Below, piece after piece: positions 1 through 12,632 of a stretch of DNA of 64,000 nucleotides (positions within the stretch are counted from its first letter, which is position 1; each line of letters starts with the position of its first letter). A program made the position numbers and the translations under genes. The DNA is from Dipteris shenzhenensis (taxonomy: Eukaryota). The stretch lies in the NCBI GenBank assembly GCA_047967505.1, contig CM106538.1, one strand, 5' to 3'. The notes beneath the pieces are model-generated. The model saw only the letters and a program-made list of their open reading frames with translations, made no database searches and had not been told where the DNA came from.

Positions 1-269
1 ATAGTTTGAGGAGTTACGAGCTTGTTGCTGTGCAAGAGGAACAAACAAGGCACAAAATATCTTCATCATTGCATAGCAATGGTCATGCAATTGTGGCCCA
101 TGACAAGGGAAAGGGAATAAATATTGGTGCCTTTTTCAATCCAAGGCTACTTCAAAACAGCAGTCAAATAATGCAAAGGCTGATGCAGGGCAACCCAAGA
201 AGAAAGGGAAATGCCACTACTATAAAAAGCCAAGTCACATCCCTAAGAGAGGTTGCATGAATTTTATTT

Positions 270-535
270 TCCGATGAACACCATCACTCTCTTGTATAAG
301 ATTTTGGCCAAAGCCATCAGTTTGTGTATGAAGCCCCTTCTTCGAGCCCTTATACATGATACACAAGCATAAGTATATTTTTGATAACATATTTCATTTT
401 GGGAAGCTTCTCCGTGGACTATGCAGAGTGGCCAAAGACTTGCCATTCTACTCCTAGATTTTGAGAAAGCTTATGACAGAGTAGATTGGAGTTTTTTTTT
501 TTGGAGGGTACCCTTCTACGGTTTGGATTCTCAAA
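270..535 (+). mobile_element. Decayed L1-type LINE reverse transcriptase fragment
   Basis: YKILAKAI and LLLDFEKAYDRVDW motifs with stops and frameshifts. Confidence 0.8.
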
Positions 536-839
536 TACATGTTGTACAAATCAGCCCACAGCCCCAATGTTGTTCGGTGAGCTCAGACCATCCAACATTG
601 GGGAGCTTGCTTGCACTCTCCCTACCCATCCCAAGGCAGTTTCTCCCTTGCTATATCCCCTAACTCTAGCAGGAGTGAGACTAGTATTTAGGGGGGGGGG
701 GGGCTTAAATTAGCAATGTTAGTAGCTAGCCCGCGATTCTCTTTCCTTTTAAATCAGAATTCGACCCTTGGGAAGAAGACAAAAGGATCACTTCTCTCTT
801 CATCAGCTTCCATAAGTTTACTATTGGCTGCAAGCTTGC

Positions 840-1000
840 CACTAAATGGCTTCTTTTTCAAACAGAGGATTGAGATTGCAGGGCGACAAGATCACTTTTG
901 GATTTGCAGACTTAATGGGAACTTTGCTAGAGATTGCCCAAGAAAGAGAAAGGATCCCAAACAGAAATCCCACCTCTTCAAGTTGGTAAGATATTCAGTC
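840..1000 (+). mobile_element. Possible LINE ORF1 zinc-knuckle remnant
   Basis: WICRLNGNFARDCP resembles a degenerate CCHC knuckle; lies upstream of the endonuclease fragment. Confidence 0.4.
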
Positions 1001-1779
1001 CCTCCTCGACAGTGATGGGTTATGGTTTGTGGTGGCAAGACTTCGATAGCAAATCCAAGAGGCGCAAAGCATCCTTCTTCGGACCAAGCCTAATCGCACC
1101 CTCCCTCCCAACCTCAGCCCCTCTTCCCTTCTGCTCAACAGTACTTCCCCACAGTGGAGCTACACTTTTGTCCTTTCCCAAAATGACTAGGCCCATGGAT
1201 GCTTCCACTAGGGCGACAAGCTTAGTACTACTTCTCAATTTGTGGCTCACACACCAAGGAGGGTTCCCACTTCCAGATTCTACAGGGTAATGCTTTCATC
1301 AACAGATGCTGGAGACTTTATGGAGGTTGTTCTCTCTAGCTTCAAGGATAGAGACTCCAAAATCAGAGCCAAGCTTGGTCGAGTAGCAAATCGCCTACCA
1401 CTTGACACACACAATAGGATTTCTTTCCCTCAATGAACTCCTACCCTTGACATCTGCCAAAATATTTGCTAGACATGGATGCTTCCACCATTGGCTTCAT
1501 AGAATTATTAGCTGAAACATTGGCGGTGTTGCTGTCATTGCTTTCGAAGGCAGCTGATTCAGGGTCTTGGCAGATTTCCTCATCCAAGAGTTCCAGGAAG
1601 CCCTACTGATATTCTTTATTTCCATGGACACAAACTGATGATCCTCTTTGCAAAAAGCCACACAACTTACTCTCACATCACATTTTTTGGTCTAGTGCAA
1701 CAAGCACTAGAGGAGGGACTTTCATTTCTATTTCATCTTCTATTCTCCATCTAGTTGTTAAATATGGTATCATTGTCCC

Positions 1780-2170
1780 CTCCATGGCACAGTGGATTAC
1801 TCTTTGTTTGATATGCCCAAGATTAGATTTCTTAAGATAGGGAGAGTGTAATATTTATTCTCATGGACTTCAAAGGAAAAATCATGGATTCTTAGTGGAG
1901 ATTTCAACATGGTGGAGCAGCCCACACATAAGAAAGGAGAAAGCGAGGACACATTCACCTTCTTGAGAGGGACACTTGGGATTCGTTTATCTTTCACCTC
2001 AGACGCAAGGATTCCTAGTTACATGACGTTTTTCATGTCTGAGATCCCAACCTACTATTTCTAGTTAACTACGGAACACACAGAGCTTGTCCATGAATGG
2101 ATTGATAGGTTTTGTGTTGATTGGGCTCTTGGTATCATTTGTATTGCTCTTGGTGCATTTCATATTTAAC
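1780..2170 (+). mobile_element. Decayed LINE AP-endonuclease fragment
   Basis: WILSGDFNMVE at about 1884-1917 and WIDRF at about 2098-2112. Confidence 0.7.
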
Positions 2171-2339
2171 CATTAAATTGATTTCAAGTTTATAGAACTC
2201 CTTTTTTCGGACCCAGATCTTGCCATAATTCTGTAGCATTTTCTATATAACCAGATCAGATATCTCCCACATCCACAAGGATATCTACAGGCTGTATTCC
2301 CACAGCTCCATCCATTTGACACCGTCTTTGTGCCATCTT

Positions 2340-3250
2340 GTGGTTTTGTGGCCTTCGCTGCCCTACATGGGATCCTGTTTGCCTCCATTTTCTCCACTTT
2401 GTTGAGGTAGACCATCTACTAGCACGTCAAGAGGTATCATCCCTATCTTTGCTAGTACAGGTTGAAGGTTCGTACTTTGGTTCCCAACTCCCCGATGAGA
2501 AACTGTTTGTGGATTGTCTCTATTCTTTTCCAATATGCCCTGAATGGCCAGATGCCCATGCCGAGCATCCATAGAGGACCACTGTCTACACAAGCATAGT
2601 GTATAGGAACTTTCTCATTTTCGAGCTCCATAAATGTACTTTCCTGCATTTGTTTTGAAAGCTATATAAGGCTTTCAGCCCTCCCGCTACTTTAGTTCCC
2701 AACTCCCCGATGAGAAATCGTTTGTGGATTGTCTCCATTCTTTTCCAATATGCCCTGAGGGGTCCGGTGCCCATGTGAATCCATAGAGGATACAGTTTGC
2801 AAGAGCATAGTGTATAGGAATTTCTTATTTCCCAGCTCCATAAGTGTACTTTCCTGCATCTGTTTCAAAAGCTATATAAGGCTTTCAGCCCTCCCGCTAC
2901 TCTCCTTTCCATACACTCATTCCACTTGTAGTTGTCATCAAATTCAATGCCTAGGTGCTCGTATTATGCAACTGCTTCTAGAGGTCCCCCTTCCGACATA
3001 AAAGACAATTGCAGTTTCATGTGCCAATTACCATGACTTTTGTCTTGATAATATTCACTTGCATAACCAAGTGTTTATAGAATTTACCGAATGCATTCAG
3101 GTGCATCTGCATGCCCTCTTTGCCTTTCACAAAGACGACCACATCAACTGCACCAATGAGCAGCAGTAAAACATAACCTGCAATTTGGACTTCCTCTCCA
3201 CTGTGTGCTCTCATCCACTGAGAGTGAGAGAGAGATGTTGGACAAAACAC
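2340..3250 (-). mobile_element. Decayed RTE-type LINE RT/C-terminal fragment with internal tandem duplication
   Basis: GMQMHLNAFGKF...VNIIKTKVMV and WKRIETIHKQFL motifs; about 215-bp segment repeated (about 2476-2690 and 2692-2900). Confidence 0.7.
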
Positions 3251-3403
3251 CTAACCAAACTAGAGTCAAAATGAATGACCACTCAGCAGAGCAACACATT
3301 TTTCCGCATCAGTACCCAAATACAAGCTGTTGCCAAAACTTACCTACTGATATATTAAGCCATCATTTGTAGACAGAGAGAATCTGAAAATGTACCCTCA
3401 TAC

Positions 3404-3454
3404 CTGCCGCTCTTTCCAAGCTCCTTCAATATCCAGCTCAGATTCATGTTGAGT
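3404..3454 (-). CDS. PTAC10: PTAC10 exon (TQHESELDIEGAWKERQ), last exon found
   Basis: CAG acceptor, GTATGA donor, 51 nt; ELD.E.A..ER motif; an alternative in-frame acceptor at 3490 is possible. Confidence 0.82.
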
Positions 3455-3592
3455 CTGTTTCAACACTTGAAAACATGAGCATAGGCCCATCTAATTTTGA
3501 AGTGCAGAATGTGACTTTAGACAGACTGATGTTACAATAGCCATGTTAAACAGATTAACAGATTTTATCCTGTCAAAACCAGAATTGCATAC

Positions 3593-3769
3593 CAGAAAAA
3601 CAGAAGGGAACTTGAACTTCCCTATTTTTTCCGTGGTCCAATAGCTATCTTTATCTATATACAGCCTTCCTGAAGCTTCATGAATATTCGGTGGTTGAAC
3701 AATTTCTCCAGCAGCACGTCTCTCTTCCTCATCTAAAACCATCTGCTCAGCCATGTGAATCTGCCATGC
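3593..3769 (-). CDS. PTAC10: PTAC10 exon (AWQIHMAEQMVLDEEERR...KFKFPSVFL)
   Basis: TAG acceptor, GTATG donor, 177 nt phase 0-0; WQ.H.AEQM.LD motif follows HPY in PTAC10; joined across a 24.7-kb intron. Confidence 0.88.
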
Positions 3770-4679
3770 CTAATTTACAGGTAAAACAATTTAGTAACAG
3801 TTTCCGAATGTACTTGCTTAATTAAGATCTATTTTCCTCCATTCTTAAAGCCTTTCCCTTGAAATTTTCTATTAATGAATTTATCAGAACATGAGTTGTT
3901 ACCTGTAAAGGACTTCAATTTGGAGAATCTTTTAGTACTCAACATAAGAGGATTAATCGACGTATCTTCTATCATATTTGAGAAAGAAAAAGAAAAAACA
4001 TAGGCAGTTCTTGACAGATGCCCGTCGACTCCATCAAGACAGCATACTTTAAGAGCATTCAAGGAGTAGTAGTAGTTCTTCGTAGTACAAAGGGTGCAAT
4101 TCTCTCACTACTGTAAAGCAATTGGTAGATTGAATTCGGCACAGTTTACTTGCAACCGATTGCACAAATTATGCCCATAGACTATATGATCCCCCAAACC
4201 AGCCAGGAATCCTTCTGATTAGTTGGCCCCGGGACTTCCCTGTTTTTTTTTGGGGGGCAAAGAGAGGGACTTCTATTACGTATAACCAGAAGAGACAATA
4301 AAACCAGGAGTAATTCCTGTGAACATCAGCATCCCACATGATGATTACAAATAACCAGGCAGAAAGTGAGATTAGCACAGCCAATAAGGAAACTGAAAAA
4401 TGCCATCAAGGGGCTTTGGGTGTGTGTGAGAAGCACAATCCATGGCCCGACTCCCTCATAAAGAGGATAGGACTTCCCTATTTCCACCGTGGACATGATT
4501 GTATCAAAGAAATAGAAACAAGGGGTATTAAGACTTGCAAGCAGAATTTCTCATCCATCATTGTATGGCACTTGATTCATTATTGCAGGCCTTTTCAATG
4601 AAGCAGCAAAGCTGGGCTCACCATCATCCAGCAAATGGATGCAATTCAGCCTATATACGAGATGGGGACCACGGGCCCA

Positions 4680-5270
4680 TCATTAAACAATGAAGACTGG
4701 ATATGTCATGGCTAAGCTGCGAAATACAACACTTTTCCGTAGATGTGCAGTATCATGTCAAAGCATTAAGCACAATTATGGAGGATCAATTCACGATCGA
4801 TCACATTTTTACTCTGTGTGCCCTTATTGAAGGGGCCAATACTATTAATTTTGGGTTCGTGCAATGCTCATGCACAAACCTCCCTCTTGTACAAGAGGGC
4901 ATTTGGGCAACGATGGCTCTATATGTACAATTGAAAGGCCTTTCACCCTGACCAGCAGGTTTATCAAAGCAATTGTCATCAATAAGGGTAAAACAGGGAT
5001 GCCCTGTATGCCCCACCTCCTAGCCTCTAGGCTGTACATTGATGCTTAGATAACGCAGATGAGCTCTAAGTGTTACAGTTGCAGGGACATCTCTGTCAAT
5101 CCTACTTTATGCTAACAGTGTTGCCTTGGTTTCATTCATCCCAGAGATGAGATGGGGAGACAAGTGGATTGCATGTTCAAGTTATGTAGCACACCACAAT
5201 TGGTAAACAAAGACTCACCACACAGGTTGAGGATGAAGATGAGAAAATCAAGAGGCATGGCCATCAGTAG
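4680..5270 (+). mobile_element. Decayed RTE-type LINE RT fragment
   Basis: TIDHIFTLCALIE, GVKQGCP-like (GGTAAAACAGGGATGCCCT) and LLYANS (degenerate YADD) motifs. Confidence 0.65.
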
Positions 5271-5350
5271 ATAGACAAGTGTATGAGATCTTCCCCATTC
5301 TCACAAAATATGTTGAACACACGCACATATACATGTGTGTGTGTGTGTGT

Positions 5351-6578
5351 TATTAGCCGGAAGACCACAGGCTAGAGGCTAAGCATGGCGACACTCGAGG
5401 GCCATAGAGGAAAGGAGAACGTGAGGGCGAAACGTTATCATGGGAGGGGAAAAGGAATTAGAAGGGGAGGGAATGAAGAGGGAGACTATGACACAAGGGA
5501 AAAGGGAGAGGGGGAAGAGAAGCGTGTACATGATGGGAGAAAGAATATAAAGATGGAGACATCAAGGGAAGAGGACCATGCTTTATTTTGAAAGAAAGGA
5601 AAGGGAGAAATCAAAGTACTAGCTAGGTGGCTTTACAAGAATAAGTGTGTCTCATCAAGGAATAGCCCCCTCCTTTTATAGCCAACAGAGGGGGTCTCTC
5701 CCAATAAATGCATCCTCCCACATGCATGGTGTGTGTGGAAAAGTCTCCCATGTGGGCTAGGCGGTTACGCACTCTCAATAAATACATCCTCCCAATAAAT
5801 GCATCCTCCCACATGTATGGTGTGTGTGGAAAGTCTCCCATATGGGCTAGGCGGTTATACACTCTCAATTGTGTGCGACAACCCTTTGCCTCATTTTTCC
5901 ACATAAATCAAGCCCCATATCTCAAGTCTATGATACTCCCTTAGTCTCTCCCCAATTTTATAATATCTTCAAACCTCTAGGAGACAAGTGGAGCATTGGC
6001 ACAAGGAATCTTGCCACCTCATCCTACTTTCCCCATTATTTAACTTGCTCTCTTGGACCTTCTATACCTCCTCCACACAAGCCTATCCTATATGGAGGGA
6101 ATAACCTAATATAATATCCATCTCCATCTATTTCATATAGGAGACAAGTGGAGCATTGGCACAAGGAATCTTGCCACCTCATCCTACTTTCCCCATTATT
6201 TAACTTGCTCTCTTGGACCTTCTATACCTCCTCCACACAAGCCTATCCTATATGGAGGGAATAACCTAATATAATATCCATCTCCATCTATTTCATATTA
6301 CTTCTCCCATGGACTTTGAGCCATATCTCACTAAATGCAGCCTAGGTGGAGAGATGGCACATGAAGCAGCCATGCCATCTTACATTTTATAATATTACTA
6401 CCATGGATTATGTACATCACACCTTATGGGTCCTCTTACGTGGAAGGGTGGCACATGGTCATGCCCTACCACCTCAACCCTGGGCCCTATGCACACCATA
6501 TTTTATTATACTATTGTCACACAAACAAACACACACACATATTAATGCCTTTTTCCTTAGACAAATTTATCCATAACA
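5351..6578 (-). repeat. 3' LTR of element A
   Basis: On the minus strand starts TGTTATGG after PPT GGGGGAGGGAAT and ends GCTAATA against a (CA)n flank; contains about 90-bp and 160-bp tandem duplications; TATA-like GGCTATAAAAGG near 5672-5684. Confidence 0.88.
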
Positions 6579-6591
6579 ATTCCCTCCCCCA

Positions 6592-7052
6592 AGCTTCGAG
6601 GTGTATCTCCAGCAGGAAGGGCGTGGAGAATGACAGAGAAACGGAGGAGAACAGGCTTAAGCAAATTTTGGGAAGAACAGGAAGAGATGGTGAAGAAGAA
6701 GATGGAGAAGAAGATGATGATGTGGTAGAAATGGGATCAAGGGGGATCAAATAGCTCTGATACCATGTTGGTAAACTGAAAGAAAAGAGTAGAGTGGACA
6801 CAAATTCAGAATACTTATAGAATGAAGAAGAGTGAGGTCCTTACGTAGGCACCTCTTACATGCTCACTGACATCACTGATGACTTCAGAGCTCCACAATC
6901 ATCTCCTCGATCTGCTCCTAGATTCTCTCAATCATCCTATGTGGCTTTCCACCACCTAACTGTGCTTATGGACACCTAACTGTGTCCGCCTTTAGCACTC
7001 ACACATAGAAACCAAGGTGTGCCTGAGGCATACACCTTGAGATATCCCAACA
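6592..7052 (-). mobile_element. Truncated copia-like insertion: 287-bp LTR (6766-7052), tRNA-iMet PBS and start of internal region
   Basis: TGTTG...CAACA termini, adjacent TGGTATCAGAGC; absent from the homologous segment at 27825-27880. Confidence 0.75.
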
Positions 7053-8197
7053 GGTCCATCACGCACAAAGAAGGGCTTGAGATAACGCTTGTTGATCACC
7101 TTCCAGCCATATGGCTCATGCAGCTCGTGAACTTATACAGACCCATTGCTATTTCTTGATGACTTTGCATGGACCGGTACACAGTGGCAGAAACTTCTTA
7201 TCCATTTGGTGGTCCAATCTGTTATCAAAGCATAGCACAACATCCCCCTCAGCAAAGTGTCTTTCCCATCCCTTGCGAATCTTAGCATCAAAGCGAGCCT
7301 TTTGTCGATTCTTTTGAATCTCTGTTTGATGTAGGGCAAGGCGTCGGGTTTCATCTAGCTTCTCAAGTTGCACCAATCTGGCCTCTACATGTTCATCTTC
7401 TCTCATCCTCTGTTCTTGTGCCAATCTCAAGGCCGGAATCTCTATCTCTAGTGGTAAAACTGCCTCAGTTCCATACACCAACTCAAAAGGAGTGTGACCT
7501 GTAGACGTTTTATGAGTAATGTTGTAAGCCCACACGGCTTCAGTGACCTTCTGATCCCACTGGCTCCTGTTTCATGTGGCCATTTTTCCCATGGTTTTAC
7601 AAAGGAGGCCATTGGTCCGCTCCGTTCGACCCATGGATGCTGGATAATAGATGCTACAAGTGCGATGATCAATACCCATGCGATCCATGAGTAACTCCAC
7701 TGATTCATTTAAGAATGGACTCCCATGGTCGGAGACTATTTCCATGGGTATCCCAAACTTGTGCAGATACGTTCAAATATAAAATTTGAAACTGCCTTAC
7801 CATTTGCAGCGGGTAGGGCGATAGCTTCAGCCCACTTAGTGACATACTGAGTAGCTACCAAAAGATACTTCTTTTTACGGGCAGTCATGGGCAAGGGCCC
7901 GACAAAATCTATTCCCCACTTCTGAAACGGATGGATGGACATCACTGGGTGATGTTGCCCAAGATGCAAATCCTTCCTACCAAAGAATTGGCATGGTTCA
8001 CAGGTTTTGCAATACAAACTGACGTCCTTGAACAAGGTCGGCCAATAGTATCCAGCATGTAAAATCTTCTTAGTTGTATAGTCACTGGCATAGTGGCCTC
8101 CACAAAATCCATCATGATAATGCTTCAATACCTTAGCCACTTCATCTGCATCAATGGCCCATCTTAGTACCCCATCCATGCCTTGACGGTACAACAC
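7053..8197 (-). pseudogene. Element A integrase (frameshifted)
   Basis: H..GGH/C..C zinc motif, WGIDFVGPLP, KWAEAIAL, TPFELVYG, GP.KV; no chromodomain. Confidence 0.92.
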
Positions 8198-8252
8198 CCC
8201 ATCAAAGAGGGTGTAGCGCCTACTATCTCTGCGGATCTTCTTTCTCTCATAG

Positions 8253-9758
8253 CTAGTACTTTCTGGAGGAAAGGAGAAAGGCAGTCAGAAACCTGTAGAT
8301 ACCGCCATACCATGGATCCCTCACTTCTATGGCTGCTACAAGGGTTACATCAAGACACTCCTCTAAATCAATCAAAGCATTCTTCAAGTTGGAACGATCC
8401 CCTTTTACAATTTTGAAAGAAAAATCATATTCTTGTAGAATTGCCAACCATTTGGCTAACCGGCCCATGGGATTTGGTGATTGAAGAACCTGCTTTGCAA
8501 GACCTTTGCTAGAGATTATAATTAAGGATTTTCCCGCCACATAATGCTTAAATTTCTCAATGCAGAAAACTAAAGACAAGACATGCTTGTCAGCCTCTGA
8601 GTAGCGTTGTTCGGTGTCGAGCAATTGTCGAGAAGCAAATCGAACGGGATATATGATCCGATCCTCCCCTTGTTCGAAAAGAATACCTGCCAGAGTATGC
8701 TCACCAAACCCAGGATTGATATAGAAAGTCTTTGACCAATCTGGATTACGTAGAATGGGTTTTGAAGCCAGAGCATTCTTGATTTGTGCAAACCCATGAT
8801 CACAATTCTCATCCCAAGAGAAATTAACCCCATCTTTTAATAGCATAGTCATGGGTCGTGTCAAAGCAGCATATTGATCAATGAAGCCGCGATAATATCC
8901 TGCTAGATTGACAAATGAGCGTACCTGACGTTTGGTTGTTGGTAGGGAGAGTTTGAGGATGGCTTCTATCTTCTCGGGGTCAGGCTTGACACCCTCGGAT
9001 GAGACAATATGTCCTAGTAACCTCCCTTGAGTGACTCCAATGGTGCATTTCTCCAGGTTAAGACTGCCATTCGCATCATTGATCCTTTGGAAGGTGAACC
9101 TAACCTTCGTGACGTGCTCCTTACATGACGAGAATATACAAGAATCATCTACAAACGCCTCCAAGAAATCCCCCAAATAAGGAGCAAACACCATCCGCAT
9201 AAATCTTAGAAAGGTAGCAAGAGCATTGGTGAGGCCAAATGGCATTACTTTGAATGCAAATGTCCCCCAGGGTGTGGCAAATGTGGTTTTAAGCACATCT
9301 TCAACAATTGTGATTTGATAAAATCCAGAGTAACCATCACAGAAAGTATACATCTCATGACCACTTATCTTCTCAAGAATGAGGTCTTGAAAGGCAAGAG
9401 GATGATGGTCCCTCTTGGTGGCTGCATTGAGTTTCTTATAGTCCATGCAGACTCGCCACTGGTTGTTTTTCTTTGGGGTAACTACCACTGGTGAAACCCA
9501 TTCAATATTGTGAACCGGAACAATAAACCAAGCTTCTACAAGCTTTTGCAACTCCGAGCGCAAAGCATCGGTCTGTAGGGACCCTAATCTCCGATACTTT
9601 TGCGCCACAGGCTTCGCATCAGGCTTCAGCTCTATCCTGTGCTCTATGGCAGTCACATGGCGAAGGTGGTGGTAGCTAGTTGCAAAGAGGTCAGAGAAAT
9701 CTTTGAACATTTCTAGGAACTCATCTTTCTCACTTCGAGTGAGGTCTGGGAAAAGCAT
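8253..9758 (-). pseudogene. Element A reverse transcriptase plus degenerate RNase H
   Basis: [25 protein letters not shown] region FYINPGF lacks the TDAS catalytic Asp. Confidence 0.93.
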
Positions 9759-9899
9759 AGATTCAAGCTGTTGAGAACTAGTTGTTACCTTTTCTGCGGG
9801 GTCGGAGACACCCCATCATGTAAACTTCCTCCTCTGAGAACTCCTCCGCCCCGCCTAAATCTTCTATTGATTCAGACTTCTATTGATTCAGACACTGAG

Positions 9900-11690
9900 G
9901 ATGAGAGAGTATCACTGTCTTGCTCCTCTTCTTCTTCTGGTTCCATGACACCTGGTTGCACCGGGATCTTCTCCTTAGAAGCACCAAAAGACATGTGTCA
10001 TGTCTTCCAATAGCTGACTGCATCACTCTTTCTCAACCATGGTCTTCCGAATATGACTGGGTAACTCCTACCTGTATCTTCAATGTCCACTACATAGAAA
10101 TTGACGGTGATGGTCAACCCATTGATAGTGATGGACAAATCCTCAATGACTCCCGGGGTGGAGAGTCGTCGACCATCTGCTACCTTGATTCAAGTGGAGG
10201 AATGCCTTGTATATTTCAAATTCAATTTCTTCATAATTCGGGGCACCATGATATTACATGCAGCTCCCCCATCAACACACACAGTTTTAACACAGCAATT
10301 ATCTATGATGACATCAACTGTATGTGGGTGCCGATCAATTTCTTCAGAGATAGAAGAGACCTCTCGTACCTTTCCATTTTTCTTATTCCTCCTTGTTGAG
10401 AGCCCTTACTGCAGCTCACGTCTCACCTTAGGGCTTAATGCTATTAGTTGAGGGAGCGTGATGCTCAAAGAACGATGAGCAAGGTCCTGAACGACCGAAT
10501 AGTCTTCTTGCCCCATCCGATGGGAAAATCCGAGGGCGACCACTTACTCCTGTAGAATCTTTTAGTCTTCTCTGTTGGTGGGTCTGCCATCTCAACCTCT
10601 GAGGGCTCCGAGAAAGACATCTTCTTCCTGGGGCGACCGGTCCACGGTTTGGAGAGGGGTCCGAGGTGGTACGACTTCTTTTCCCAAGGCCAAGGATCTC
10701 TACGTCAGAATCCTCAGTCCCTGATTCACTTAGAAGATTCACCCTTGGAATATTGTGATATTTCGTACGATAACGATCCTTCTGGTGGCACTCGTAGCAT
10801 ACAACATTAGCACGGTCTCTTGGAGGACGGTTGACTTCATTTTTTATGTCCACCATCTCAAGCCGAAGATCATTCAAGGCCTTGGCTAGGTCATTGATTC
10901 CAGGTTCAGTTGCAGGGAGGGCCTCTTTAGCTGGAGGGGCCGAGGGAGTAGACAGGAGGCGAGCTCGTGGGCGAGGCTGGAGAAATCTTCGTGGTGGAGG
11001 GTGATAATATACACCTTGTTGAGGATAAGCATCTAAGGGAGGACCATACATTTGAGGTGGAGGCGGTGGATACATCCCTGATGAGGGGTGGGGGTATGCC
11101 CCTGAGTTAGACCCCCTAGGTTGTTCTTGCAAGAATTGAGAGGGTTGCGGAAGGACAATCGTCTTCTTTGAAGCGGGGTCAGACTGAACTTTATCAAACT
11201 TTTGAGCAATCTCATGTGCTAGCACCATAGTTTCTGGATTCTCCCATTTAAGCTTAAGGCGAAATTCATCACTTGCTCCTGCAAGAAGGTAGCGCAGCAC
11301 ATGCTGAGTCATTCCAGCTCGAAATCCGGCATTGTCCTCTTGTGTGGCAATTAAACGGTCTAGGACCACGGCCGCTCGATCCACATATCGACGCACCGTT
11401 TCATCTTCTGACCGCTTCAAGTTTGCCACCTGCACGTACACATTCTCTGGCTCCTCTTCTTTACCGAAATACTCAATCATCGCTGCTGTCAACCTTGGCC
11501 AGCTTTGGCGAACATCTTCGGTCTGCTTCTCATACCACACTTGAGCCAAACTCTCTAGCAATGTGGGAAGAACCAACAGTCATCTGTCTTCGGTATGAAA
11601 GTTGAGAGAAACACAACGGCGCTTGAAGACCAGAAGATACTCATTTGAATGTTCTTCCACCCGTCCACAAAACACGAGAATGTCAGCCAT
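9900..11690 (-). pseudogene. Element A gag and aspartic protease (frameshifted)
   Basis: LAQVWYE gag motif, CYECHQKD knuckle, VCVDGGAACNIM protease active site, LGRPW-like motif. Confidence 0.88.
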
Positions 11691-12259
11691 GCTTGGAAGA
11701 TGGAAAAGAGAGAGGCAAGACGAGGCTTATCTATGGACAAACAATAGAAAGAGGAAGCTTGAACTGAAAATCGAATGAAAATACATCCACAAAGCACACA
11801 TAGGCAGGATAGGATGTGACTGATGTATTGTGAAATACTACACGGGAAGAATCTTCAGCATAGAATAGCACATAGACAATCTTAAAAGGACCAACCCTTA
11901 TGATAAAACATCCATCTTTACAAGCGAGGTTTAGAGACACGGCGCTGCATGAGGTTGTTCATCAAGGCAAACAAGAATGCCATGACAAATGTCAACAGTT
12001 GGAAAGCTTACGCATCACCTTCAGCTTCTTCCAGTTCTTGTAGTCGCCATGCTATTTCTTCAAGGGATGTGCGGTCTAGTATCCTTCTTTTGAGCAATGT
12101 CCTTGAGCACCTTTCTGATGATCTTCCGAAGTCGGTAAACTCGTATCAAGTATGCCCAACACTTAGTTTCATGATGACCACAATCTTTGCCCTCCTTCGT
12201 GGCTTGCGGCTTTGTTGCGGTAGTGCTTTCACTCGCGTTATGCGTGATTGAAGTACAAG

Positions 12260-12632
12260 CTTCACGTGCCAAGAAGTCAGCAACTAGATTTCGAGCTCAA
12301 GGGATATGCTGAATTTTTACCTATTCAAATTGATTGCAAAGTTCCAATGCTTGTTGATGTCGAGGAACCAAGCCTTTGCTCCGCACCTTCCATCTTCTCC
12401 TAACTTGTTCACACACTAGTTGAGAATCTCCTTGCACCTCAAGTTGCTTGACGTGATGTTCTTGTGCCTTTTGTAGCCCAAAAATGAGCGCCGAGTACTG
12501 AGCTTGATTACAAGTACTTGCAGGTGCAAACTTGCTATAACAATACTCCTCACCACTCGGTGAAGTGAGCTTTACACTCACGTCAGCAGCCTTAGTCAAA
12601 GGTTTGTAAGCTCCATCAAATTGAAGGATTCA
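12260..12632 (-). pseudogene. Additional cellular/archaeal-type RNase HI domain upstream of gag in element A
   Basis: LQFDGA, TCNQAQYSALIFGLQKA, LEVQGDSQLVCEQV...WKV, HIP...NLVADFLA. Confidence 0.88.

Noticed and set aside
3178-3250. Apparent further PTAC10 exon (VFCPTSLSHSQWMRAHSGEEVQIA) with AG/GT borders
   Set aside because: No resemblance to the expected PTAC10 continuation; it runs in frame into RTE LINE RT motifs.
3829-4062. Minus-strand ORF with a CAG/GTAAC donor-like site near 3902
   Set aside because: Phase is incompatible with the 3769 exon, and the 28497 exon already joins it seamlessly.
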